Positions 17,347 to 26,048 of a stretch of DNA of 32,460 nucleotides are shown here, piece after piece (the stretch's first letter is position 1; every line of letters starts with the position of its first letter). Under the pieces are notes generated by a model. The model did not search any database. It had not been told where the DNA came from and worked only from the letters and a program-made list of their open reading frames with translations. The position numbers and the translations under genes were made by a program. Source of the stretch: Allomuricauda sp. (GTDB lineage Bacteria > Bacteroidota > Bacteroidia > Flavobacteriales > Flavobacteriaceae); contig JAGQZL010000001.1 of the NCBI GenBank assembly GCA_020434915.1, positions 1 through 32,460 of the forward strand, in the 5' to 3' direction.

Positions 17347-17420
17347 CAATATTATCCAAAATTTAATTGCAATTACATGACTTTTGTCATATGAATCGGC
17401 GTTTCTAATTTCTATTTTTA
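17347..17420. promoter_or_regulatory. Symmetric divergent promoter: one ATGAC-N4-GTCAT palindrome flanked by -7-like boxes on both strands
   Basis: ATGACTTTTGTCAT at 17377-17390; TATTTTTA on + at 17413-17420 and TAATATTG on - at 17354-17347, each 22 nt from the palindrome. Confidence 0.65.
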
Positions 17421-17467
17421 GAGCTAAATCCTTGAAAAATCAAAACTTAGGTTTAAAATTTTTGGCC

Positions 17468-18592
17468 ATGGCAACAGAAAAATCAGTAAAGGAAACCTAT
17501 TACGAAAGCATTATCAAGCAGGGATATAACAGGCGCGATTTCATGAAATTTGCCACGTATATTGCCGCTTATATGGGCTTGGAAACCTCAATGATCGGCC
17601 AAGTGGCCAAATCCCTTGAGAACACGTTCCGCATCCCAGTCATTTGGGAACACTACCAAGAATGTACCTGTTGTAGTGAATCGTTCATCCGCTCAGATCA
17701 CCCGATTGTTTCGGACATCATCCTCGACAAAATTTCTTTGGATTACACTTTGACCTTAATGGCCGCCTCCGGGCATCAAGCGGAAGCCGCTAAGCATGCC
17801 ACCATGGAAAAATACAAAGGGGAATACATCCTCTGCGTGGAAGGCTCCGTTCCTTTAGGTGATGATGGCAATTATTGCTGCATCGCCGGCAGGTCTGCCA
17901 AGGATCTCTTACTCGAAGCGGCTGAAGGGGCCAAGGCCATCATTGCTTGGGGTAGTTGTGCTTCCAACGGATGCGTACAGGCTGCTTACCCCAATCCCAC
18001 ACAAGCTACTCCCATACACAAAATCATCAAGAACAAACCCATTATCAGGGTTCCTGGGTGCCCACCCATTGGAGAAGTCATGGCAGGTATCATCGTCCAT
18101 TTGATCACATTTGGCCGATTGCCAGAATTGGACGGATTGGGAAGACCAAAAGCCTTCTATTCCAAACGGGTACATGACTCTTGCTACAGAAGACCTTACT
18201 ATGATGCCGGACTTTTTGCCGAAACCTTTGACGACCAGAATGCCAAGGATGGCTATTGCTTGTACAAGGTAGGATGCCGTGGTCCAATGACCTATAACTC
18301 ATGTGGCACCATTAAATGGAACAACGGGGTAAGCTATCCCATTCAATCTGGCCATGGATGTATCGGCTGTAGTGAGGAAGACTTCTGGGATAATGGACCT
18401 TTCTATGAACGATTGACCGGTTTGGCCGGATTTGGCATTGAAAGTTCAGCGGATACCATTGGTAAAGTAGCCGCTGGGGTGGTGGCAGGTGGTTTGGCGG
18501 TACATGCCGTTGCCGCCAATATCTCAAAACGAAAAGAATTGAGAAGTAGGACCACTCGTGGCAAACAGAACGAAAAGAAATTGGATTCTTAA
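17468..18592 (+). CDS. hyaA: [NiFe] hydrogenase small subunit, Tat-exported, O2-tolerant (group 1d-type) signature
   Basis: NRRDFMK Tat motif; ECTCCSES, CASNGC, GCPP proximal ligands; HDSC, CLYKVGC, PIQSGHGCIGC; C-terminal TM anchor with His. Confidence 0.96.
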   Translation: MATEKSVKETYYESIIKQGYNRRDFMKFATYIAAYMGLETSMIGQVAKSLENTFRIPVIWEHYQECTCCSESFIRSDHPIVSDIILDKISLDYTLTLMAASGHQAEAAKHATMEKYKGEYILCVEGSVPLGDDGNYCCIAGRSAKDLLLEAAEGAKAIIAWGSCASNGCVQAAYPNPTQATPIHKIIKNKPIIRVPGCPPIGEVMAGIIVHLITFGRLPELDGLGRPKAFYSKRVHDSCYRRPYYDAGLFAETFDDQNAKDGYCLYKVGCRGPMTYNSCGTIKWNNGVSYPIQSGHGCIGCSEEDFWDNGPFYERLTGLAGFGIESSADTIGKVAAGVVAGGLAVHAVAANISKRKELRSRTTRGKQNEKKLDS

Positions 18593-18602
18593 TAAAAATA
18601 TC

Positions 18603-20336
18603 ATGGCAAATAGAATTGTAGTAGACCCTATTACCAGGATTGAGGGGCATTTGAGAATTGAGGTAGAGGTTAAAGATGGTATAATAACCGATGCCTATAG
18701 CTCCAGCCCAATGGTTCGGGGTCTTGAAAATATTGTCAAGGGAAGAGATCCCAGGGATGTTTGGGCCTTTGTACAACGCGCCTGTGGCGTATGTACCACC
18801 ATTCATGCATTGGCATCCGTACGGTCCGTGGAAGACTCCTTGGGCATCGAAGTGCCACCCAATGCAGAAATGGTCCGGAACATTATGGAAGGGGCACTTT
18901 ACATGCATGATCATGTGGTGCATTTTTACCACCTACATGCCCTGGATTGGGTAGATGTGGTGAACGCCCTAAAAGCCGATCCGGCAGAGACCTCCAAACT
19001 GGCCCAGAGTATTTCCAGCTGGCCTAAAAGTTCTCCCGGGTATTTTTCCGATATCAAAAAAAGAATCACACGATTTGTTGAAAGTGGGCAACTGGGCATT
19101 TTTGCAAACGGTTATTGGGGCCATCCCCAAATGAAATTGCCCCCCGAAGTTAACCTGTTGGCAGTTGCCCACTATCTGGAAGCCTTGGAATGGCAAAAAG
19201 AGATTGTGAAGGTCCACACCATTTTTGGTGGTAAAAACCCACACCCCAATTATTTGGTGGGTGGTATGGCCTGTGCCATCAATACCGAGAGTCCAGGTGG
19301 AATCAATGCGGAGCGATTGGCCTACGTAGGAAGATTGCTGAAAGAAGGTAAACAATTTGTTGAGCAAGTCTATATCCCCGACCTTTTGGCCATTGCCTCC
19401 TTCTATAAAGATTGGGGAGCTATCGGAAAAGGATTTGGCAACTACATGGCCTATGGTGATTTCCCAACCAACGGTTATGGTGATATTTCCAACTTCAAAT
19501 TCCCACAAGGTATTATTCTGGACAGGGATTTGTCCAAAGTCTATGATGTAGACCATAGAAACGATGACATTGCCGAGTTTATCAACAATTCTTGGTATGA
19601 TGAGTATTCCGAAGGAAAAGATCATGGAAAACATCCATGGGACGGTGAGACCAACATCAACTATTCAGGTCCAAAACCACCTTATGATCAATTGGATGTA
19701 AACCAGAAATACAGCTTCATCAAAACACCACGTTGGCAAGGAAAACCTATGGAAGTTGGACCTTTGGCCCGACTTCTCGTCGGATATGCCCGTGGCAATA
19801 AGGAAATCCAGGATGCCGTGAACGGGGCATTGGGTCATTTGGACGTTCCTGTGGATGCGCTCTTCTCTACCCTAGGAAGAACCGCTGCCAGAGGTATCGA
19901 GACGCAGTTAGTGGCCAATTGGACCATGGAGTTTTATGACACTTTATTACAGAACATCAAAAACGGGGATACCCGAATGGCCAATATGGATAAATGGGAG
20001 CCCGAGTTGTGGCCCAAGGAATCCAAGGGCGTTGGATTTGCCGAAGCACCAAGGGGCGCCTTGGCCCACTGGATCAAAATCAAGGAGGGTAAGACCGAAA
20101 ACTACCAATTGGTGGTCCCTTCAACATGGAATGCCTCGCCCAGAGACCCAAAAGGACAACGTTCAGCCTATGAATCCACGTTGTTGGGAACCCCTGTGGC
20201 CGACCCAGAGTTGCCTTTGGAAATTATCAGGACCATTCACTCTTTTGATCCCTGTATAGCCTGTGCTGTCCATTTGTATGACGAGCATGGCAAGCATATT
20301 TCCCAAGTACAGAACGTTTCAAGCTGCGAAATCTAG
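18603..20336 (+). CDS. hyaB: [NiFe] hydrogenase large subunit
   Basis: DPITRIEGH, L1 QRACGVCTTIH, GGKNPH, EAPRG, L2 SFDPCIACAVH plus a 20-aa cleavable C-terminal extension. Confidence 0.97.
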   Translation: MANRIVVDPITRIEGHLRIEVEVKDGIITDAYSSSPMVRGLENIVKGRDPRDVWAFVQRACGVCTTIHALASVRSVEDSLGIEVPPNAEMVRNIMEGALYMHDHVVHFYHLHALDWVDVVNALKADPAETSKLAQSISSWPKSSPGYFSDIKKRITRFVESGQLGIFANGYWGHPQMKLPPEVNLLAVAHYLEALEWQKEIVKVHTIFGGKNPHPNYLVGGMACAINTESPGGINAERLAYVGRLLKEGKQFVEQVYIPDLLAIASFYKDWGAIGKGFGNYMAYGDFPTNGYGDISNFKFPQGIILDRDLSKVYDVDHRNDDIAEFINNSWYDEYSEGKDHGKHPWDGETNINYSGPKPPYDQLDVNQKYSFIKTPRWQGKPMEVGPLARLLVGYARGNKEIQDAVNGALGHLDVPVDALFSTLGRTAARGIETQLVANWTMEFYDTLLQNIKNGDTRMANMDKWEPELWPKESKGVGFAEAPRGALAHWIKIKEGKTENYQLVVPSTWNASPRDPKGQRSAYESTLLGTPVADPELPLEIIRTIHSFDPCIACAVHLYDEHGKHISQVQNVSSCEI

Positions 20337-20349
20337 AAAATTAGAGGCC

Positions 20350-21102
20350 ATGGAAACACGAAAATTTAGAAGGGTATACGTTTGGGAGCTTCCAGTTCGG
20401 TTTTTCCACTGGATCAATGCCCTTGCCGTTATCATTTTGGCCATTACGGGTTTTATCATTGCCAATCCCCCGGCCATTTTGTCCAACAAAGAGGCAAGTG
20501 ACTTTTATTGGTTTGGCACGGTACGTTTCATTCATTTTGCCACGGCCTATGTTTTCTTTTTTAACATGATCCTACGGGTCTATTGGTCGTTTGTTGGGAA
20601 TAGATTCTCCAGTTGGCGTGCCTTTTGGCCCTTCAGCAAGAAAATGTGGCATAACTTTTTACATGTCATTAAAGTGGATGTGTTCCTTGCCAATGAAAAA
20701 AAACCGGATATTCGGGACATCAGTATTGGACACAACAGTGTAGCGGCATTTTCATATGTTATTCTGTTCCTTTTGGCATTGGTCCAGGTATTTACCGGAT
20801 TTGGACTCTATTCCTCCACAGCCAGTTGGTGGTTACCCAAAATGTTCAGTTGGGTAGTTCCCTTTTTGGGAGGTGACTTCATTGTTAGAACCATCCACCA
20901 TACCACTACATGGCTCTTTATCTTGTTCACCTTGATCCATGTCTATTTGGTATTCTACCATGATTGGTTGGAAGGAAGAGGTGAGGTTTCCTCCATGTTC
21001 GGTGGCTATAAGTTTGTTTGTGACGAGCGACTCAAAAAATTGACGGAGGAAGAAGAAATGGAGGAACCCGTGGATGAGGAAGCCATGGAAATTATTGAAT
21101 GA
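20350..21102 (+). CDS. hyaC: Ni/Fe-hydrogenase b-type cytochrome subunit
   Basis: VWELPVRFFHW, RFIHF, GHN, RTIHH...IHVY; four TM helices. Confidence 0.95.
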   Translation: METRKFRRVYVWELPVRFFHWINALAVIILAITGFIIANPPAILSNKEASDFYWFGTVRFIHFATAYVFFFNMILRVYWSFVGNRFSSWRAFWPFSKKMWHNFLHVIKVDVFLANEKKPDIRDISIGHNSVAAFSYVILFLLALVQVFTGFGLYSSTASWWLPKMFSWVVPFLGGDFIVRTIHHTTTWLFILFTLIHVYLVFYHDWLEGRGEVSSMFGGYKFVCDERLKKLTEEEEMEEPVDEEAMEIIE

Positions 21103-21665
21103 TAGCAAACATGACAGCATCCGATAAAACCAAACCTGATTTGGCAAAAAAGCCTATTGCCATTAGCAGTGATGCCTTTTATTTTGAAAAAGACAAATCA
21201 CAGTCCATATTGGTATTGGGAGTGGGCAATTATCTTATGGGTGATGAAGGTGTCGGAGTTCATTTGATTCAGGAAATGGACAATCTGAAATTGCCTGCCC
21301 ATTTAGATATTTTGGATGGGGGAACCGGTGGTTTTTTGTTGCTTAATTGTTTTGAAAGCTATGCTAAAATAATTTTTGTGGATGCCACTATGGATGGAAA
21401 GGAAGAAGGTACCATATCCCTGATCCGTCCCAAGTTTGCCAGTGACTTTCCCTCCGCTTTAAGTGTCCATGATGTGGGACTAAAGGACATGATCGAGGCC
21501 GTTTATCTTTTGGAAAACAAGCCAGACCTTTATCTTTATACCATATCCATCAATAAGGTTGTGCCCATGACCACAGAATTATCACCAAAGGTGAAGAGTG
21601 CCATACCCGAAACTGTTAATCAAATCCTGGGATTGGTCGAGACCCTGCACCACCAAATTTCTTGA
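21099..21665 (+). CDS. hyaD: Hydrogenase maturation endopeptidase (HyaD/HybD family)
   Basis: LGVGNYLMGDEGVG, DGGT, VDA, SVHDVGL; ATGA overlap with the cytochrome b gene (exact start uncertain). Confidence 0.92.
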   Translation: MIANMTASDKTKPDLAKKPIAISSDAFYFEKDKSQSILVLGVGNYLMGDEGVGVHLIQEMDNLKLPAHLDILDGGTGGFLLLNCFESYAKIIFVDATMDGKEEGTISLIRPKFASDFPSALSVHDVGLKDMIEAVYLLENKPDLYLYTISINKVVPMTTELSPKVKSAIPETVNQILGLVETLHHQIS

Positions 21666-21666
21666 G

Positions 21667-23928
21667 GTGGCCACATCTTATAAAATAATAATGACCGGGC
21701 GAGTTCAGGGGGTTGGTTTTAGACCCCATGTGTTCAACTTGGCAAAAAAGTTTGGCTTAAATGGTTCCGTTTCCAATAATGAAGAAGGGGTGGTCATTTA
21801 TCTTACGGGTGAAGAAAAGATAGTGCAGGCATTCTATGATTCATTGATTTCGAATCCTCCAAAAGTCTCCAAAATAAGGGATCATCAACTTTCTAAAATC
21901 GAGCATAGAGCGTTTGATAAGTTTTCCATCATTCAATCCCAGAAGCAAGGAAAGCTCAACTTGCAATTGACGCCGGATTTTGCCATTTGTGACGAATGCA
22001 AGGAAGAAATTGGCAATCCAAATAACAGACGGTTCCATTACCCTTTTACCATTTGTGTGAATTGTGGTCCCCGGTGGGCCATTACCAATCTCTTCCCGTT
22101 TGAAAGGGAACACACCAACATAGCTTCCTTTAACATGTGCGAAACCTGTCTGGAAGAATACCAAAATCCAACAGACCGAAGATTTCACTCCCAGACCAAT
22201 TCCTGTTCGCATTGTGGCATCCAACTTCAACTGACCGATACCAATGGAACTCCACTTTTAGGGGAAGACATTATTAAAACAACTGCGGTTTTGATCAAAG
22301 AAGGTAACATTCTGGCCATCAAGAATACGAGTGGCTACCTGTTGTGTTGTGATGCGTCCAACCCGGAAGTAATCAAAAAACTTAGGGAAAGGAAAAGAAG
22401 GCCCACAAAGCCGTTCGCCATCCTATATCCATCCCTATCACTGTTAAAACAGTACTTGAAAACCAGTAAAATACAAGAAGAGACCCTGAATTCTCCGGAA
22501 AGTCCCATTGTTATCATTCAAAAAATTGACTTGGACGGGAACTTGGCAGTGGATGAATTGGCTCCCAAACTGAACCAACTGGGCATTATGCTGCCCTACT
22601 CCGGTCTATTGCACCTGTTGGCAACGGAATTGGGAATTCCAATGGTGGCAACTAGCGGGAACATCCATGCCTCCCCTATCATCAGTGATGTTGATACCGC
22701 TCATCAAGAATTGGGCGAAGTGGCAGATTATTTTTTGGATCACAATCTGGAAATCACCAATCCACAGGATGATTCTGTTGTCAAATTCTCCCATCGATTC
22801 CAGGAGGGGGTCATTTTTAGGAGATCTAGGGGGCTGAGTCCCAACTTTGATGTGGAGGTAACTACCAATCAAAAAATACTAGCGATGGGTGGTCATCTCA
22901 AAAGCACCCTGGCATTTACTCCAAACGATTATCTCTACATCAGTCAGTATTTGGGAAACTTGGACCATTTTGATGTATTTGACCGTTATATCAAAACGGC
23001 AATTACATTCACAGAACTGTTTGAGGAAATACCAGAGGTCATTCTAGTTGACAAACACCCCGCCTACAACAGTACCCTACATGGCATTGAACTAGCCAAG
23101 CATTGGAATATTCCGGTTCAACGCATTCAACATCATAAAGCCCATTTTGCCTCAGTCTTGGGAGAACACGGACTCTTTGATCAAAACAACAAGGTTTTGG
23201 GTGTGGTCTGGGACGGAACTGGTTATGGCGACGACGCCCAGATTTGGGGAGGCGAATTTTTCGAGTACCATGACCATACCATGGAACGTGTAGGACATTT
23301 TGAATACTTTGATTGGTTGGCCGGGGACAAAATGGCCAAGGAACCACGAATCTCCTTTTATGCATTGGCCAATGATGCCATGCAGGAAGACCTCCAAGAA
23401 AAATTTTCCAAGGAAGAGATGGGTATTTACCGTCATTTAAAGAAGAAAGGCGTTCTAAAAACTTCTTCCGTGGGCCGGCTTTTTGATGCAGTGGCATCAT
23501 TACTCGACCTTTGCGATTTTAATACTTATGAAGGCGAAGCGGCCATTCTGCTTGAAAACCAAATCCAAGATTACGACATAAAAAAATGCACATCCTACTT
23601 ATCAGGATTAAAAAATGGCAAGGTGCCTACCCATCAACTCTTCAACAACCTCTATTTGGATGTCAAGAATGGAAAAGGTAAACAAGAAATCATTGTCAAT
23701 TTTCTCTTCACCCTGGCAACTGCGGTTATTCAAATGGCTAAACAATCGCAACTAAGGGAAATCGCCTTGAGTGGCGGTGTTTTTCAAAATACGGTTTTGG
23801 TAGATATGCTAAAAGACCTTGCCGGCGAGAAATACAAACTATATTTTAATCGTAACTTAAGTCCAAACGATGAAAACATTTCCTTCGGTCAGTTGATGTA
23901 CCATCTACACATAAAAAATGAGCCATGA
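21667..23928 (+). CDS. hypF: Carbamoyltransferase HypF
   Basis: GRVQGVGFRP acylphosphatase domain, four CxxC zinc-finger motifs, QHHKAH, DGTGYG, SGGVFQN; GTG start. Confidence 0.96.
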   Translation: MATSYKIIMTGRVQGVGFRPHVFNLAKKFGLNGSVSNNEEGVVIYLTGEEKIVQAFYDSLISNPPKVSKIRDHQLSKIEHRAFDKFSIIQSQKQGKLNLQLTPDFAICDECKEEIGNPNNRRFHYPFTICVNCGPRWAITNLFPFEREHTNIASFNMCETCLEEYQNPTDRRFHSQTNSCSHCGIQLQLTDTNGTPLLGEDIIKTTAVLIKEGNILAIKNTSGYLLCCDASNPEVIKKLRERKRRPTKPFAILYPSLSLLKQYLKTSKIQEETLNSPESPIVIIQKIDLDGNLAVDELAPKLNQLGIMLPYSGLLHLLATELGIPMVATSGNIHASPIISDVDTAHQELGEVADYFLDHNLEITNPQDDSVVKFSHRFQEGVIFRRSRGLSPNFDVEVTTNQKILAMGGHLKSTLAFTPNDYLYISQYLGNLDHFDVFDRYIKTAITFTELFEEIPEVILVDKHPAYNSTLHGIELAKHWNIPVQRIQHHKAHFASVLGEHGLFDQNNKVLGVVWDGTGYGDDAQIWGGEFFEYHDHTMERVGHFEYFDWLAGDKMAKEPRISFYALANDAMQEDLQEKFSKEEMGIYRHLKKKGVLKTSSVGRLFDAVASLLDLCDFNTYEGEAAILLENQIQDYDIKKCTSYLSGLKNGKVPTHQLFNNLYLDVKNGKGKQEIIVNFLFTLATAVIQMAKQSQLREIALSGGVFQNTVLVDMLKDLAGEKYKLYFNRNLSPNDENISFGQLMYHLHIKNEP

Positions 23929-25013
23929 AGTATTTGAGTGAATATCGAAATCTGGAGGCTACCAAACGTTATTTAGACCTGATTGAAAAGACGGCTACCA
24001 AAACATGGAACATCATGGAAATTTGTGGTGGCCAGACCCATGGATTGGTCAAAAATGGCATCATCAACCTACTGCCGGAAAACGTACGGATGATCCATGG
24101 ACCTGGATGTCCCGTTTGTGTTACCCCCCTCAACCTGATTGACAAAGCGGTTGAGCTTTTGGAAAACGGAATCATTGTTTGCTCGTTTGGGGACATGGTT
24201 CGCGTACCCGGTAGTAAAAAAAGTCTCTTGGAAGCCAAGGCTTCCGGTGGTGACCTTAGAATTCTTTATTCTCCTTTGGAGGCGGTCAATATTGCCAAGC
24301 AAAACCCGAACAAGGAGGTGGTATTCTTTGCGGTGGGGTTTGAAACGACAGCACCTGCCAATGCCCTCTCCGTATTACATGCCCAAAAAGAGCATGTCCA
24401 CAATTACTCCATCTTGGTCTCACACGTGTTGGTCCCCCCTGCCATGGAAGGTATTTTGGATGATGAATTCTGTACCATCGATGCATTTTTGGGGGCAGGA
24501 CATGTTTGTGCCATTATGGGATTGAAGGAGTACTATCCCTTGGTTGAAAAGTACAAAATCCCCATTGTGGTCACTGGATTTGAACCTTTGGACTTGGTGC
24601 AGGGTATTTACATGGCACTTGTACAATTGGAAAAAGGGGAATACAAATTGGAGAATCAGTATGCCCGGGTGGTGCGGGAAGAAGGTAATCTGGAGGCTAT
24701 ACATATCATTGAAAAAGTATTCGAAATCGGGGACCGGGAATGGCGCGGCATCGGAACCATTCCCATGAGTGGGTATGTACTAAAATCGGAGTACCGGAAT
24801 TTTGATGCGGAATCCAAGTTTGGTATAAGTTCCATCACCACCCCAGAAAACTCGGATTGCATTGCCGGACAAATCCTGAAGGGTATCAAAAAGCCACATG
24901 AATGCCCCCAATTTGGAAAGGCCTGCAATCCATCCAATCCGTTGGGGGCACCCATGGTCTCTTCCGAAGGGGCATGTGCCGCTTATTACCATTTTTCCAA
25001 TCATTTAATCTAA
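23925..25013 (+). CDS. hypD: Hydrogenase maturation protein HypD
   Basis: MEICGGQTH, GPGCPVC, GFETT, MVSSEGACAAYY. Confidence 0.97.
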   Translation: MKYLSEYRNLEATKRYLDLIEKTATKTWNIMEICGGQTHGLVKNGIINLLPENVRMIHGPGCPVCVTPLNLIDKAVELLENGIIVCSFGDMVRVPGSKKSLLEAKASGGDLRILYSPLEAVNIAKQNPNKEVVFFAVGFETTAPANALSVLHAQKEHVHNYSILVSHVLVPPAMEGILDDEFCTIDAFLGAGHVCAIMGLKEYYPLVEKYKIPIVVTGFEPLDLVQGIYMALVQLEKGEYKLENQYARVVREEGNLEAIHIIEKVFEIGDREWRGIGTIPMSGYVLKSEYRNFDAESKFGISSITTPENSDCIAGQILKGIKKPHECPQFGKACNPSNPLGAPMVSSEGACAAYYHFSNHLI

Positions 25014-25022
25014 ACATTGAAC

Positions 25023-26048
25023 ATGAGCAATATGGATTTAGGATACGACACCATCAACCTTGGCCACGGAAGCGGTGGATTAATGACGCGTGACCTATTG
25101 GACAAGATTATTTTTGAAACCTTCAGTAATCCTTATCTGGACCAAAAACATGATGGCTCCATCATCCAAATGGATGGGAAAATAGCCATCTCCACGGATA
25201 GCTTTGTGGTATCCCCCATTTTTTTCAAAGGTGGGAATATCGGGGACTTGGCGGTCAATGGAACGGTGAACGATGTAGCCATGTGTGGCGCCATCCCTGA
25301 GTTCTTATCGCTTGCCTTCATTGTGGAAGAAGGTTTGCCCATTGGGGATTTTATCAAAATCGTGGAGACCATCAAGGAAACGGCGGACCGGAGTGGTGTA
25401 AAAATCATTACAGGGGACACCAAAGTGGTGGAACGTGGCAAAGGGGATAAAATATTCATCAACACCACCGGATTTGGCAAGGTGCATCCCAAGGCGGACA
25501 TTTCGGCTGACAAAATCAAAGCTGGCGACAAGATTATCATCAGCGGTCCCATTGCCCAACACGGAATGGCCATTATGTCGGAACGGGAAGGCCTTGAATT
25601 TGAATCGACCATAGAAAGTGATACTACCAATTTGAATTTTTTGGTGCTCGACCTATTGGATGCCTTTGGAGACAAAATTCACCTCTTCCGAGATCCCACC
25701 AGAGGCGGAGTGGCCAGTGTTCTTTCAGAGATTGCGGATGATATCAATTTAGGGATTACCATCCAAGAAAATAAGTTGCCTTTAGATGACCAAGTATCAG
25801 CCGCCTGTGAAATGCTGGGACTGGACCCTCTTTTTGTTGCCAACGAAGGTATTTTCATCACCATTGTTTCGCCTGAAGTAGAATCCGAGGTATTGGCTTT
25901 GTTGCAGAACAATGAAAAGGGAACCAAAGCTTCTTGTATTGGGGAAATTACCCAAGAACATCCTAAAAAGGTAGTCATGCAAAGCATGATTGGTGGCAAA
26001 CGCATGGTAACCCCTATGATCGGGGAGCAGTTACCAAGGATTTGTTAG
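25023..26048 (+). CDS. hypE: Hydrogenase maturation protein HypE
   Basis: HGSGG, TDSFVV, GDTKVV, RDPTRGG and C-terminal PRIC (alternative TTG start at 25017). Confidence 0.97.
   Translation: MSNMDLGYDTINLGHGSGGLMTRDLLDKIIFETFSNPYLDQKHDGSIIQMDGKIAISTDSFVVSPIFFKGGNIGDLAVNGTVNDVAMCGAIPEFLSLAFIVEEGLPIGDFIKIVETIKETADRSGVKIITGDTKVVERGKGDKIFINTTGFGKVHPKADISADKIKAGDKIIISGPIAQHGMAIMSEREGLEFESTIESDTTNLNFLVLDLLDAFGDKIHLFRDPTRGGVASVLSEIADDINLGITIQENKLPLDDQVSAACEMLGLDPLFVANEGIFITIVSPEVESEVLALLQNNEKGTKASCIGEITQEHPKKVVMQSMIGGKRMVTPMIGEQLPRIC

Noticed and set aside
18312..19634. Long antisense ORFs (206 and 221 aa) opposite the hydrogenase subunits
   Set aside because: Shadow frames of conserved genes with no recognisable motifs
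15800..21666. Longest-ORF starts from the ORF track for hypC, hypB, hyaA, hyaB, hyaC and hypF
   Set aside because: The extensions overlap neighbouring genes or promoters; conserved N-termini (MCLAIP, MCGTCGC, etc.) mark downstream starts
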